A DNA stretch of 54,930 bases. Origin: Gemmatimonadota bacterium. GTDB lineage: Bacteria > Gemmatimonadota > Gemmatimonadetes > Gemmatimonadales > Gemmatimonadaceae. The stretch lies in NCBI GenBank assembly GCA_046727995.1, contig JBKPDS010000100.1, positions 1 to 54,930 of the forward strand, in the 5' to 3' direction. Positions 19,046 to 28,735 of the stretch are shown one piece after another. Each line of letters begins with the position of its first letter. The stretch's first letter is position 1. Both the position numbers and the translations under genes were made by a program. Below the pieces are notes generated by a model that saw only the letters and a list, made by a program, of their open reading frames with translations, was not told where the DNA came from and made no database searches.

Positions 19046-19659
19046 CAGGACACGGTTCCTTTTCTTGTGAAGCGATGCTCTTCACCGCGCCGCAGACGCC
19101 CAATGTTCGCGCGGTGCGTCCAGAACACGAACGCAGCGATGATGACGCTGGCGATGAAGACCGGTGACCGCGGATCGCGGTACCAGACAACGATCGCAAT
19201 CGGAAGCACTGCCGCGCCAAACAGCGACGCCAGGCTCACGTACCGACTGAGTGCGAATACGAGGTTCCACACGGTCATTGAAACAATCATCGGGACAGGC
19301 GCCAGCGCCAGGAATACGCCGCTCGCCGTAGCTACTCCTTTCCCGCCACCTTTGCCGAGCAGAAAAATCGGCTTCACATGTCCGAGGATTGCGGCGGCAC
19401 CATAAACGAGCGCCCACAGGCCCGGCTGCAGCGTCTCAACGTAGATCGGCAGGAAAAAGACCGGCAGGAAGCCTTTCAATACGTCGGCAAGAAAGACCAC
19501 GGCGCCGATCTTCGGACCAAGAACTCTGACGACGTTGGTAGCGCCCAGATTGCCGGAGCCATGTTGTCGGAGATCGACCCCGCGTAATTTGCCGGCGATA
19601 TACGCCGACGGAATCGAGCCGGCCAGGTACGCGATGATAACGCCGTAAATCGGCGCCAT
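19045..19659 (-). CDS. plsY: Acyl-phosphate glycerol-3-phosphate acyltransferase
   Basis: GSGNLGATN, GGKGVAT and HRANI.RL motifs. Confidence 0.95.
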   Translation of the reverse strand: MAPIYGVIIAYLAGSIPSAYIAGKLRGVDLRQHGSGNLGATNVVRVLGPKIGAVVFLADVLKGFLPVFFLPIYVETLQPGLWALVYGAAAILGHVKPIFLLGKGGGKGVATASGVFLALAPVPMIVSMTVWNLVFALSRYVSLASLFGAAVLPIAIVVWYRDPRSPVFIASVIIAAFVFWTHRANIGRLRRGEEHRFTRKGTVS

Positions 19660-20967
19660 CTACGCCGTCTTGCGCCGCATGATGATGCGAAGAGGATTGC
19701 CGCGAAAACCCCACGCTTCGCGGAAGCCGTTGTGGAGGTACCGGACGTAGTGCTCCTGAACGAGGTCCGGATTGTTGCCGAACACGGCTATCACCGGCGG
19801 CGCCGTCTCCACCTGCGTGGCGTAATTCAACTTGACCTCACGGCCGGCGGCCTGGGGCGGCTGGCGCCTCCCCACGATCGCCTCGAGCGTTGTGTTCACC
19901 TGAGATGTGCTGATCCGCTTGTGGCGCTCGGCGTCGACCTCGAGGATCAAGTCCAGAATTCTCGTCACTCGCTGGCCACTGAGCGCCGAGGTGAATACGA
20001 ATGGCACGAACCTGAGAAACGGCGCCTTCTCCTCCGCTTCCTTCTCGAATTTCGCCGCGGTGTTGTTGTCCTTCTCCTTTAGATCCCACTTGTTGACGAC
20101 GACGATCAATCCGCGGCCGTGCTCCCACGCCAGCGCGGCGATTTTGAGGTCCTGATTGTGTAGACCCTCTGCCGCATCGAGAACGAGGATGCAAATGTCC
20201 GAGCGGTCGATAGCGCGTCGGGTGCGAAGTGAGGAGTAGAATTCGATTCCCTCCTCCACCTTCGACTGCCGGCGGAGACCGGCTGTGTCGACGAAAATTA
20301 TCTCCCGCCCGTGAAAGGTCATCGGAGTGTCGATGGCATCGCGGGTCGTCCCGGCGGTATCCGCGACAACCAGTCTGTCCTCGCCGAGCAGCCGGTTGAT
20401 CAGCGACGACTTGCCCACGTTCGGACGGCCGACCACGGCGACGCGGAGCGCGTTCGGGACTTCCTCCGCTACCTTCGGAATCCGCTCGACCAGAACGTCG
20501 AGCATATCGCCGGAGTTTTTGCCGTTGAGAGCAGATACTGGGACGGGATCACCGGCGCCGAGCTCGTAGAACTCGAAAAAGTCAGTCGAGGCAGGATCGT
20601 CGACTTTGTTGGCAACCAACACCCACGGCTTCCTTGCTTCGCGCAGGATTTCGACTACCCTGATGTCACTGGGGTGTAGCCCCGCCTTGGCGTCGACGAC
20701 CAGCATCAGCAAATCAGATTCGGCAATCGCCTGGAGAACCTGACGCTTGATCTCGACATCCATGGGTATGCGCGGATCGTCGGTCAGGCCGCCGGTGTCG
20801 ACCAGCCAGAACTGTCTGCCGTTCCACTCGGCTCGGGCAAAGTGTCGGTCCCGCGTCGTGCCAGCCTCGTCGCTGACGATAGCATTGTTCTCGCCTACGA
20901 TCCGATTGAACAGCGCCGACTTTCCAACGTTGGGACGCCCGATAAGCGCGATAACGGGGAGGTTCAC
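19660..20967 (-). CDS. der: Ribosome biogenesis GTPase Der (EngA)
   Basis: Two GRPNVGKS / TTRD / DTxG / NKxD domains plus a KH-like C-terminus. Confidence 0.97.
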   Translation of the reverse strand: MNLPVIALIGRPNVGKSALFNRIVGENNAIVSDEAGTTRDRHFARAEWNGRQFWLVDTGGLTDDPRIPMDVEIKRQVLQAIAESDLLMLVVDAKAGLHPSDIRVVEILREARKPWVLVANKVDDPASTDFFEFYELGAGDPVPVSALNGKNSGDMLDVLVERIPKVAEEVPNALRVAVVGRPNVGKSSLINRLLGEDRLVVADTAGTTRDAIDTPMTFHGREIIFVDTAGLRRQSKVEEGIEFYSSLRTRRAIDRSDICILVLDAAEGLHNQDLKIAALAWEHGRGLIVVVNKWDLKEKDNNTAAKFEKEAEEKAPFLRFVPFVFTSALSGQRVTRILDLILEVDAERHKRISTSQVNTTLEAIVGRRQPPQAAGREVKLNYATQVETAPPVIAVFGNNPDLVQEHYVRYLHNGFREAWGFRGNPLRIIMRRKTA

Positions 20968-22250
20968 GCGGCCACCCCGACTTGCTCTGATGCCAGGACG
21001 TCGATGAAATCGTACGACGGAAAAATCGGCATCGGCAACGATTCGCGGACGGCGCTCAGAGTGAAGTCGTCCAGAAAAATGCTGTCTTCGTTGATCGTCT
21101 CCGCTGGAATCAGCGCGATGTCGAGATCGTGTCGATCAGCGAGCGCGGTGAGAATGTCCCGACCGACCAGCAATCCGGCGGTAGTGATGGTCGGGCCGAA
21201 CAGCGAATTCTCGGCGACAATGAGCTCAAAGTGTGCGCCGCTTACATCGGAGAGCCTCTCGAGCAGCGGCCGCATCAGCGGCGCCATTGCCGATCCGGTG
21301 ACCACACCAATTCGCTGGCCGTCGCGCCGAGTGACGCGCTCCAGTCCCGCTGCGACCCGCATTCGAAGCGCTGTCACGGCGCCGACGCCGTTTTCGATTT
21401 GGGCGAATTCGCCGTAGTGCTCTTCACCCGGCAGCTCGCGCTGTGCCAGCATGTACAGCTCGTCGGATCCGAACACCCACGTCTCGCTCCTTTCCCGCCT
21501 CGCGCGCTGGCCCCACCGCTCGACTTGCCGCAGGATGGCGCGCGCCGTCTCCCGGTCCATCTTCTTCCCGCTGTAAAGGTGCGAGAACTGGGTCAGGCCA
21601 ACTGGCACCACCGCCGCAGATAGCACGGCCTCGCCCATATTCCAAAGATCGGTAAGCGATTCCTCGAGAACTTCAGCGTCATTAAGGCCCGGAACGACCA
21701 CCATCTGACAGTGGAACCGGATTCCACCGGCTGCCAGGCGCGAGAGCTGGGCTTTGATGTCGGGAACGCGCTGGTTATTGAGCAGAACCTTGCGGGCATC
21801 GTGATTCGTTGCGTGGACCGAGACGTAAAGCGGCGACAACCGGTACTCGAGAATCCGCTCAATGTCGCGCTCTTTCACGTTGGAAAGCGTGGCGAAATTC
21901 CCGTAAGCGAACGACAGCCGGTAGTCGTCATCGCGGATGTAGAGCGGCTTGCGCAAACCCGCAGGCAGGCCTTCGATGAAGCAGAATTCGCAGCGATTGG
22001 CGCAGCGTCGCACCGTCGGCGGCTCCAGCGAGATACCGAGCGGCTCGCCATCGAGTCGCTCGAGCTCGAAGATGATTTCTTCGCCGTCCGGTTGGCGCGC
22101 CTCGATAACCAGCTCTTCGTCGGCGCTGAGAAATTCCCAGTCGAGGAAGTCGGCCAGCGGCCGCCCGTTGACCGTCAGCAGCTCGGTTCCTGCTACGATT
22201 CCGAGCTCGTCGGCGATGCTCTTCTTTTCAATCCGGGAGACCTTGACCAT
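20964..22250 (-). CDS. PDZ + radical-SAM-like DUF512 protein
   Basis: N-terminal PDZ-like region, CANRCEFC (CX3CX2C), DDDYRLSF..GNF.TL and QIENGVG. Confidence 0.85.
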   Translation of the reverse strand: MVKVSRIEKKSIADELGIVAGTELLTVNGRPLADFLDWEFLSADEELVIEARQPDGEEIIFELERLDGEPLGISLEPPTVRRCANRCEFCFIEGLPAGLRKPLYIRDDDYRLSFAYGNFATLSNVKERDIERILEYRLSPLYVSVHATNHDARKVLLNNQRVPDIKAQLSRLAAGGIRFHCQMVVVPGLNDAEVLEESLTDLWNMGEAVLSAAVVPVGLTQFSHLYSGKKMDRETARAILRQVERWGQRARRERSETWVFGSDELYMLAQRELPGEEHYGEFAQIENGVGAVTALRMRVAAGLERVTRRDGQRIGVVTGSAMAPLMRPLLERLSDVSGAHFELIVAENSLFGPTITTAGLLVGRDILTALADRHDLDIALIPAETINEDSIFLDDFTLSAVRESLPMPIFPSYDFIDVLASEQVGVAA

Positions 22251-22332
22251 AGCTCAAGTAATTTAGAGCTACGGAGAGCGAAATCAAGGAATTGCTAAAT
22301 GTTAGCTCGCTTTGTCTCGCTTCGCTTTGGGG

Positions 22333-24153
22333 TCAGATTGGAGAGGTTGCGGCGAGTGATTGGAGCAGCTTCCGGGCGCGCTCTACGTTGAAGCCCGGCA
22401 ACCTGGCGATCGCTTCTTCGCCGGCCTCTCGGACGCCCTGGACGCTGCCGAACTCCTTCAGCAGTTGGCGCCGTTTTACCGGCCCAATTCCCGGGACCTT
22501 GAGCAGCTCCGAGGTGACAGTTCGCATCGAGCGGCGCTTCCGGTTGTAGGTCACTGCGAACCGATGGGCCTCGTCCCGTGCCTGCTGGAGCAGGCGAAGG
22601 CCGGGAGACCGACGCGAGAGCCGAAGCGGCTCCTCCCGACCCCAGATAAAAACCTCTTCCTCCCGTTTGGCGAGACTGATTAACGGCCGGTCTCCCAGTG
22701 AAAGGCCCGCCAGAGCCGCGTGCGCGGCGGACAGCTGACCCTTGCCGCCGTCGATTACGATCAAGTCCGGCAGCGGCTTCTGATCGTTCAGACGCCGCTC
22801 GAAGTACCGGCGCACCACTTCCTGCATCGACGCGAAATCGTCACTTCCTTCGACGGTTTTCACTTTGAACTTCCGGTACTCGCCTCGCTTCGGGCGTCCG
22901 TTCTCGAACCAGACGCACGAGCCTACCGTGTCTGTTCCTTGCGTCGTCGAGATGTCGAAGCAGACGAGCGACCGCGGCAGGCGCTGAAGTCCGAGCTCAC
23001 GCCCCAGCTCGTAAACTGGGTCGCCCGCTCTTTGGTCCGCCTCCATTGAAGACAACTTGAGCTCCTCGAGCAGATGACGTGCGTTCTGCTCGGCCAGCGC
23101 AATCAGATCGCGACGCGGCCCACGCTGCGGAATCTGGATCCTGCTGTCGGGGAGTGCCTGCTCGATGAGCTCGCGATCGGGGAAATCGAAGGGAAGCAGA
23201 AGCTGTCGCGCCTTTTCCTGCATGCCGACGTAGCTGCCGGCGAGAAACATCGTCATCACGGCGGTGTCTTCCTCGCCATCGATGTTCGTGAGGAAGCGCT
23301 GCTCTCGCGAAAGAAGCTTTCCGCTCCGGATGCGCAGCATGGTGACGCAAGCGTCGTCACCGTCGCGAGCGTAGCCAATCACATCGCGGTCACCCCCCTC
23401 GACTTCGAGAACTACGGTGGGCTCTTCCATCGTCTCGAGGTGGTGAAGCACATCGCGCAGTTCCGCCGCCCGCTCGAAGTCGAGCTGCTCGGACGCCAGC
23501 TCCATTTTCTCCTCGACGCGGCGCACGACTTCGTCGGGACGGCCTGAGAGGAACAAGACCACTTCGTCGATCATAGCCCTGTAGTCCTGCTGTGACTGAG
23601 CGAGAATGCACGGCGCCTTGCACCGCTTGATGTAGTAGTCGAGACAGGGACGCTCCGGCATCTGCGCCGGCATGTCGTAGTTGCAGCTGCGTACAGTGAA
23701 AATGTTTTTCACCACGTTAAGCGCGCGTCTCATCGCCCCCACATCAGTGTAGGGGCCGAAGTAACTGGCGCCGTCGTCCTCCAGGCGTCGCGTTACAAAT
23801 ACCCGCGGGAACGGCTCCTGGACGGTGACTTTGATATACGGATACGATTTGTCGTCACGCAGCGCGATGTTGAAGCGCGGCCGGTATTCCTTGATGAGAT
23901 TTGCCTCGAGTATCAGCGCGTGGGCTTCGCTCGGCACCACGATCGTCTCGAGATCGCCGATCAAACCGACCAGATGATGGGTCTTTACGCTCTCGAGCTG
24001 ATCGTTGGCGAAGTAGCTGCGCACCCGCGACCGGAGGCGCTTGGCTTTGCCGATGTAAAGGGTAGTGCCGTCCCTTCCCTTCCAGAGGTAGACGCCAGGT
24101 CCCTCGGGAAGGTGTGGAAGTTTTGCGGCAACAGCGTCTGGTACGGGCAGCAT
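22333..24153 (-). CDS. uvrC: Excinuclease ABC subunit C
   Basis: GIY-YIG (PGVY...YIGKAK.LRSRV), UVR domain, CFDIS, IDGGKGQ, RDEAHRFA and HhH motifs. Confidence 0.97.
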   Translation of the reverse strand: MLPVPDAVAAKLPHLPEGPGVYLWKGRDGTTLYIGKAKRLRSRVRSYFANDQLESVKTHHLVGLIGDLETIVVPSEAHALILEANLIKEYRPRFNIALRDDKSYPYIKVTVQEPFPRVFVTRRLEDDGASYFGPYTDVGAMRRALNVVKNIFTVRSCNYDMPAQMPERPCLDYYIKRCKAPCILAQSQQDYRAMIDEVVLFLSGRPDEVVRRVEEKMELASEQLDFERAAELRDVLHHLETMEEPTVVLEVEGGDRDVIGYARDGDDACVTMLRIRSGKLLSREQRFLTNIDGEEDTAVMTMFLAGSYVGMQEKARQLLLPFDFPDRELIEQALPDSRIQIPQRGPRRDLIALAEQNARHLLEELKLSSMEADQRAGDPVYELGRELGLQRLPRSLVCFDISTTQGTDTVGSCVWFENGRPKRGEYRKFKVKTVEGSDDFASMQEVVRRYFERRLNDQKPLPDLIVIDGGKGQLSAAHAALAGLSLGDRPLISLAKREEEVFIWGREEPLRLSRRSPGLRLLQQARDEAHRFAVTYNRKRRSMRTVTSELLKVPGIGPVKRRQLLKEFGSVQGVREAGEEAIARLPGFNVERARKLLQSLAATSPI

Positions 24154-24196
24154 GTGTAATAATACCATGCGCGGAAAGCCCGGTTCGTCACGACGA

Positions 24197-25927
24197 TTAC
24201 CGCCTGATCAGTCGCCGGGCGCGATTAACGACGCTCCTTGCCTCCGGAATATTGAACGCAGCGGTCAGCGCCAGGTAAGTGAATCCATAAGCCGCCAGCA
24301 GAACCAGTGCGGCCAGCTTCGAGTGCACGGCGTTTTCGTGCGTCGAGAAAACTGGATCGCCGCGATCGACGGCAAGCTTGTAGATCCATGGTATCATCGC
24401 TCCAGCGAATGCCGCGCCCCACAAGCGCGCGACGAGCGATGGGACGAGCCGAGTCCGGCCGATGCGCCTGTCCAACTCGCGCCGAAGAAGATAGAACTCC
24501 ACCCAGCCGGCGAGTCCCGCTGAGGCGGTAAGCCCGGCCGCTCCAAGCTTCCGATCCAGACCCAGCAAACCGGGCAAAACCAGGGCGAACAGGTAGCCGA
24601 GCAGAGTCGTCAGCACGACACGCACGACAGCGAAGCGAAGCGGCGTTCGCGTATCGCGCATCGCATAGAACGTCGATGAATACAGCCGACCCATCGTCGA
24701 TGCGAGCAGACCCACAGTGGAGCCGATCAGAATCTGCCACACCCAAACAGTCTCGCCGCGATGGAATTTTCCGCTCTGGAACAGTACGAGTACGATGAGG
24801 TCGCCCAGAGCAAGGAACGCGACGACGCTCGGAACTATGAAGTACGCGATGCGGTTCAAGCCGTCGCTCAGTCGCATCCGCAGGTAGGCGCCAATCTCGG
24901 CGCTGGTCCCCATCGCTCGTGACATTGTGGGCAGCTCGGCCGCCGAAATCGCCATCCCGAAAAGACTGATCGGCAGCACGTATATCGTCTGCGCGTACGC
25001 GAACGACGAAACGGCCCCGTTTCCGAGGTAACTGGCCAGCCAGGCATCGACGTAGGCGCTCAGCTGCACCACTCCTCGTCCGATGAAGGCAGGAATGAAG
25101 TTTCGGAAAACGTTCCGCACGCTGTCGGTAGCAGCGGTCAGGCGCGGTCGCACTCCGTGCGTGAGCGAAATCACCGATGGCAGCTGGATCGCGAACATCA
25201 GCGCGCTTCCGATCACCGAGCCGTAGGCGAGGTAAATCGCGAGCTGAACGTCACTGCGTCCCCTGTGGAAGAAAACGAGGGTCGCGATCATCGCCGCGTT
25301 CCACATTACAGGCGCCGCATAGGACATGAAAAAGCGCCGGTGGCTGTTGAGAATTCCGAGACACCAGGCGGAAAAGACGAGTAGCCCCGCGCCCGGAAAA
25401 AGAATTCTCGTCAGGAACACCGTTAGCTCCCGCTTTTCGCCGGTGAATCCGTTGGCGATGATCGCGACCAGCCACGGCGCCGTAACCACGCCCAGCGCCA
25501 CGATGACGGATGCCACGAGTGCGAGCATTCCGGCGACCGCGCCGGCGAGTCGCGTCGCTTCGGCCTCGTCTCCCCTGCCCAGTAGTCCGGCGTACTCAGG
25601 GATGAACGACGCCGAAAGCACGCCTTCGCCGAAAAGGTTCTGCAGCAGATTGGGAATCCGAAACGCCGCGTTGAAGGCGTCTGCCGCGAACCCTGCGCCG
25701 AGGTAGCGCGCCATCATGGTCTGCCTGATCAGTCCTGTCAGGCGACTGAGAAGGATTCCAGAGCCAACAAGAAAAGCTGCGCCCTTCCCGCGATCGAAAG
25801 GCTTTCCTGTGCGTGGGGTGGCGCGTCGCTCAACGGGCGGCGCCGCCTCCGTTACCTCGTCGGCCTCGGGCGGAAGGAGCTTGTTAAGCGAACGTTCTTC
25901 TTTGGCCAGCTCCTCCTCTTCGCTCAC
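24197..25927 (-). CDS. murJ: Lipid II flippase MurJ
   Basis: SRLTGLIR, DAFNAAFRIPN, FGEG.LSASFIP, FYAMRDTRTP; many TM helices. Confidence 0.93.
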   Translation of the reverse strand: MSEEEELAKEERSLNKLLPPEADEVTEAAPPVERRATPRTGKPFDRGKGAAFLVGSGILLSRLTGLIRQTMMARYLGAGFAADAFNAAFRIPNLLQNLFGEGVLSASFIPEYAGLLGRGDEAEATRLAGAVAGMLALVASVIVALGVVTAPWLVAIIANGFTGEKRELTVFLTRILFPGAGLLVFSAWCLGILNSHRRFFMSYAAPVMWNAAMIATLVFFHRGRSDVQLAIYLAYGSVIGSALMFAIQLPSVISLTHGVRPRLTAATDSVRNVFRNFIPAFIGRGVVQLSAYVDAWLASYLGNGAVSSFAYAQTIYVLPISLFGMAISAAELPTMSRAMGTSAEIGAYLRMRLSDGLNRIAYFIVPSVVAFLALGDLIVLVLFQSGKFHRGETVWVWQILIGSTVGLLASTMGRLYSSTFYAMRDTRTPLRFAVVRVVLTTLLGYLFALVLPGLLGLDRKLGAAGLTASAGLAGWVEFYLLRRELDRRIGRTRLVPSLVARLWGAAFAGAMIPWIYKLAVDRGDPVFSTHENAVHSKLAALVLLAAYGFTYLALTAAFNIPEARSVVNRARRLIRR

Positions 25928-27510
25928 GCCTGTCCCCGTGCCGAGACCGCGACCTGCGAAGCTTCCGGCTCAGCGCTGATACCAATCAGTCTGGCCGCAT
26001 GGCGCTCGGCTTCTCCGAGCATATCGTCGCGCAACGCTGGACCATAACGCGCAAGCAGAGGGACGAAGTTGAGGGCGCGCTCCTGGTGCTTGCCGAAGGG
26101 ATAGAGAGACCCTCGCGCCGTGGCGATCTCTGTCATGATGTCGGCGTGTTTCTTCTTGGCCGCGGCGATCAGGCGACGCTCGAAACGATCGAGTCTACGC
26201 GTGAGATTCGCCCGCAGTCCCCCTGTTATCGCCGCGCCGATTTCAGCTTCCGATTCGTCGACAGCCATCGTGAGAGCGTCGAGCCGGTCATCGAGCACTC
26301 TGCGGGTGGCGTCGAGCTCCTCGAGGATGGCTTTCGGTACGCGTGCACGCGCGATTCGTATTTCGACTTCGTGTGGATCCCGCAACTCCTCGGGCAGCAG
26401 ATATAGCTTCTCCAGAATTTTGTCCACGTGCGGCTCGATGATCATGCACGACCATCTTGGAACGATGGCGGGACGCGGGACGCCGAGGGTGTCGGCGATC
26501 GGCCCGAGCTGCGCGAAGTAAGCGATCTCGGCGGGTCCGCCGATGTAGGTTGCAGTCGGCAGGATCGCTCGCTCGACGACGGGGCGCAGCAGGACATTAG
26601 GGCCCATGTCGTCCGTCACACTTTGCCTTGCTGCAGCCTTGATGGGGATACGTTTGCGACCGCCGGACGCCGAACTGAAAACCAGCGACAAGCCGGCGAC
26701 ATCCTGCACCTGCGTGGCCATGCCCGCCTGCTCGATCTCTCGGTTACGTTCGGCGATGGCCGCCGCGATGTCTGACGCCTTCGTCAACGCGTTCGCGAGT
26801 AATGGACGTGCAGCCGCGCGGGTCGCGGAATGAGAGGCATCGATGACGGCAATGCCCAGCGGTTCCAACAGAGCTCGCAGGAACGCGACGTAAGCGGAAC
26901 CGACGGTGCGCTGCGGTGTGTAGCATTGCTGCAATAACTGCAACGGTGCGGTATCGATGGTTGGGCCTGCCCCGTTCGTTAGTGCTGCGAGCTGCGCCGA
27001 GACGTCGCCGAGTGGCATCGACGCCATGGTGCGGCCGAGGGGCTCCGGGTGGTCCATGCGCAGCAATTGTGCGCCACCGACCGTCGCCACGACGGTGCTG
27101 CTCGCCTCCTTGAAATCGGTGTCGTCCGTCGCTGCCCAGAAAACCGGTGCCACGGGAATGCCGGTCGCTCGTTGAAGTGCGTCTGCCAGCGACAGCGCAC
27201 TGAGCGCTTTCGAAAGCGTGTAAACCGGACCGCCGAACAATCCCGGTTGCTGGCCGGTGGTGACTACGACGCCTTTTCCGCCGCTCGAGGCATCGAGTCG
27301 CTCTTTCGCTCTTCCCGTCGCATCGAAAGCCGGCGAGAGCCTGGTCAGCCAGTCGTCACTGGCATCGGACCGAACCGCTTCGAGCCGTCCGCGCCACGAC
27401 TCGGAGCCCGTGGGGATCTTCTCGTACCAATCCTCCGGCGCGCTGCCGGCGATGACCGCAGCGGCAAGCGGGTTACCCGTGAGCGGCTGCGTGATGACCC
27501 GTGGATTCAC
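25924..27510 (-). CDS. bshC: Bacillithiol biosynthesis cysteine-adding enzyme BshC
   Basis: VTTGQQPGLFGGPVYT..K, PVFWAATDD.DF.E, PNVLLRPV, YIGGPAEIAYFAQ and QER. Confidence 0.9.
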   Translation of the reverse strand: MNPRVITQPLTGNPLAAAVIAGSAPEDWYEKIPTGSESWRGRLEAVRSDASDDWLTRLSPAFDATGRAKERLDASSGGKGVVVTTGQQPGLFGGPVYTLSKALSALSLADALQRATGIPVAPVFWAATDDTDFKEASSTVVATVGGAQLLRMDHPEPLGRTMASMPLGDVSAQLAALTNGAGPTIDTAPLQLLQQCYTPQRTVGSAYVAFLRALLEPLGIAVIDASHSATRAAARPLLANALTKASDIAAAIAERNREIEQAGMATQVQDVAGLSLVFSSASGGRKRIPIKAAARQSVTDDMGPNVLLRPVVERAILPTATYIGGPAEIAYFAQLGPIADTLGVPRPAIVPRWSCMIIEPHVDKILEKLYLLPEELRDPHEVEIRIARARVPKAILEELDATRRVLDDRLDALTMAVDESEAEIGAAITGGLRANLTRRLDRFERRLIAAAKKKHADIMTEIATARGSLYPFGKHQERALNFVPLLARYGPALRDDMLGEAERHAARLIGISAEPEASQVAVSARGQA

Positions 27511-28274
27511 TCGCGGCTCGCAAAGAGGATCGTGCGCGGCGAGTTCTCAGACCAGTCTGCACCGCCGTAGTCACCAAACAGTTTCGCAACTTTGAACCCG
27601 GTCGCCATGAGCATCCGCTGCAGGTCCCGTGACGAAAGCAGGCGCACTCGCTCGATGTATTCCTTTCCGCTCCCACGAAGCCTGATCGTCTTTTCGACGA
27701 AGCGATCGTCGGGACTGATGATTCGTCGCTGCTCGATGGTGATGCCGTTCTCGACACGCTCGTCGTACGGCACCAGATCGCGACGAACCTGACTGGCGTT
27801 AAGGAAGTCGATGACCAGCGTGCCCCCGTGTTTCATCGCCGCGCCGACACAAGCCAGCACGCGGACGTGCTCACTGTCGTCGTCAAAGTAGCCGAAGCTG
27901 GTGAAGAGATTCACGACCAGGTCGAAGCTCGAATCGGCGAACGGCAACTCCCGCATGTCGGCTCGCACGTAGGGCGCATCTGGTGATTCCTTTCTGGCGA
28001 TCTTGAGCAGCGCCATCGACAGGTCGAGTCCTACCGTCCACCACCGTTCCCGCAACACTCTGGTGTGACGCCCGGCGCCGCACGCCAGGTCCAGCGCCGT
28101 ATCGATGCGTCGACCGACAAGGTTGGTCGCAATCAGCTCGATCGCCCGCTCCGCCTCCGTTTCGTCACGATGCTGGTAGATGTGGAGATAGTCTTCGCCA
28201 AACCACTCCTCGAACCAGTCAGCCTCCTGCGGGCCGGCGCGCATCACGACAGGATCATCGGTGACGACGCTCAT
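27507..28274 (-). CDS. Class I SAM-dependent methyltransferase
   Basis: LDLACGAGRH, GLDLS, ADMREL and NLFTSFGYF; N-terminal WFEEWF...Y.HRD..EA; overlaps with both rlmH and bshC. Confidence 0.9.
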   Translation of the reverse strand: MSVVTDDPVVMRAGPQEADWFEEWFGEDYLHIYQHRDETEAERAIELIATNLVGRRIDTALDLACGAGRHTRVLRERWWTVGLDLSMALLKIARKESPDAPYVRADMRELPFADSSFDLVVNLFTSFGYFDDDSEHVRVLACVGAAMKHGGTLVIDFLNASQVRRDLVPYDERVENGITIEQRRIISPDDRFVEKTIRLRGSGKEYIERVRLLSSRDLQRMLMATGFKVAKLFGDYGGADWSENSPRTILFASRE

Positions 28275-28735
28275 TTGTGGTAGGGCTCTCCCCGCACGAT
28301 GGTGCCTGCCCGATAGATCTGCTCGACCAGCACCAGCCTGGCTATCTCGTGCGGCAGCGTCCATGGCGCCAGCGATAGCCTCATCGTCGACCTGGCTGCC
28401 ACATTGGCGCCGAGTCCGAACGCGCCTCCAATGACAAATGCGAGATCGCGATCGTCGTCGCGCGCCTTTCGCAGAAACTCGGCGAACTCCACCGAGCTCA
28501 GAGACTTGCCGCCGGTTTCACAGGCGACGGTCTGGGCGCGCTCAGGGATTTTCTCCGCCAGCCGCGCACCCTCGCGCTCCTTCACTCGGTCGAGCGAAAT
28601 CCCCGTCGCTTTCTCTTCGCGCACTTCACGCACGTCGAGCGGCCAGTACCGCGCCGCTCGTGTCTCGTAGTCCCGGATCGCTTCGCCCAGCGCCGGATGG
28701 CGCGCTTTGCCTACGACGGCGACGACAAGCCGCAT
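28271..28735 (-). CDS. rlmH: 23S rRNA m3-pseudouridine-1915 methyltransferase
   Basis: FVIGGAFG, SL..WTLPH.IAR..L.EQIYRA and GEPYHK. Confidence 0.93.
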   Translation of the reverse strand: MRLVVAVVGKARHPALGEAIRDYETRAARYWPLDVREVREEKATGISLDRVKEREGARLAEKIPERAQTVACETGGKSLSSVEFAEFLRKARDDDRDLAFVIGGAFGLGANVAARSTMRLSLAPWTLPHEIARLVLVEQIYRAGTIVRGEPYHK

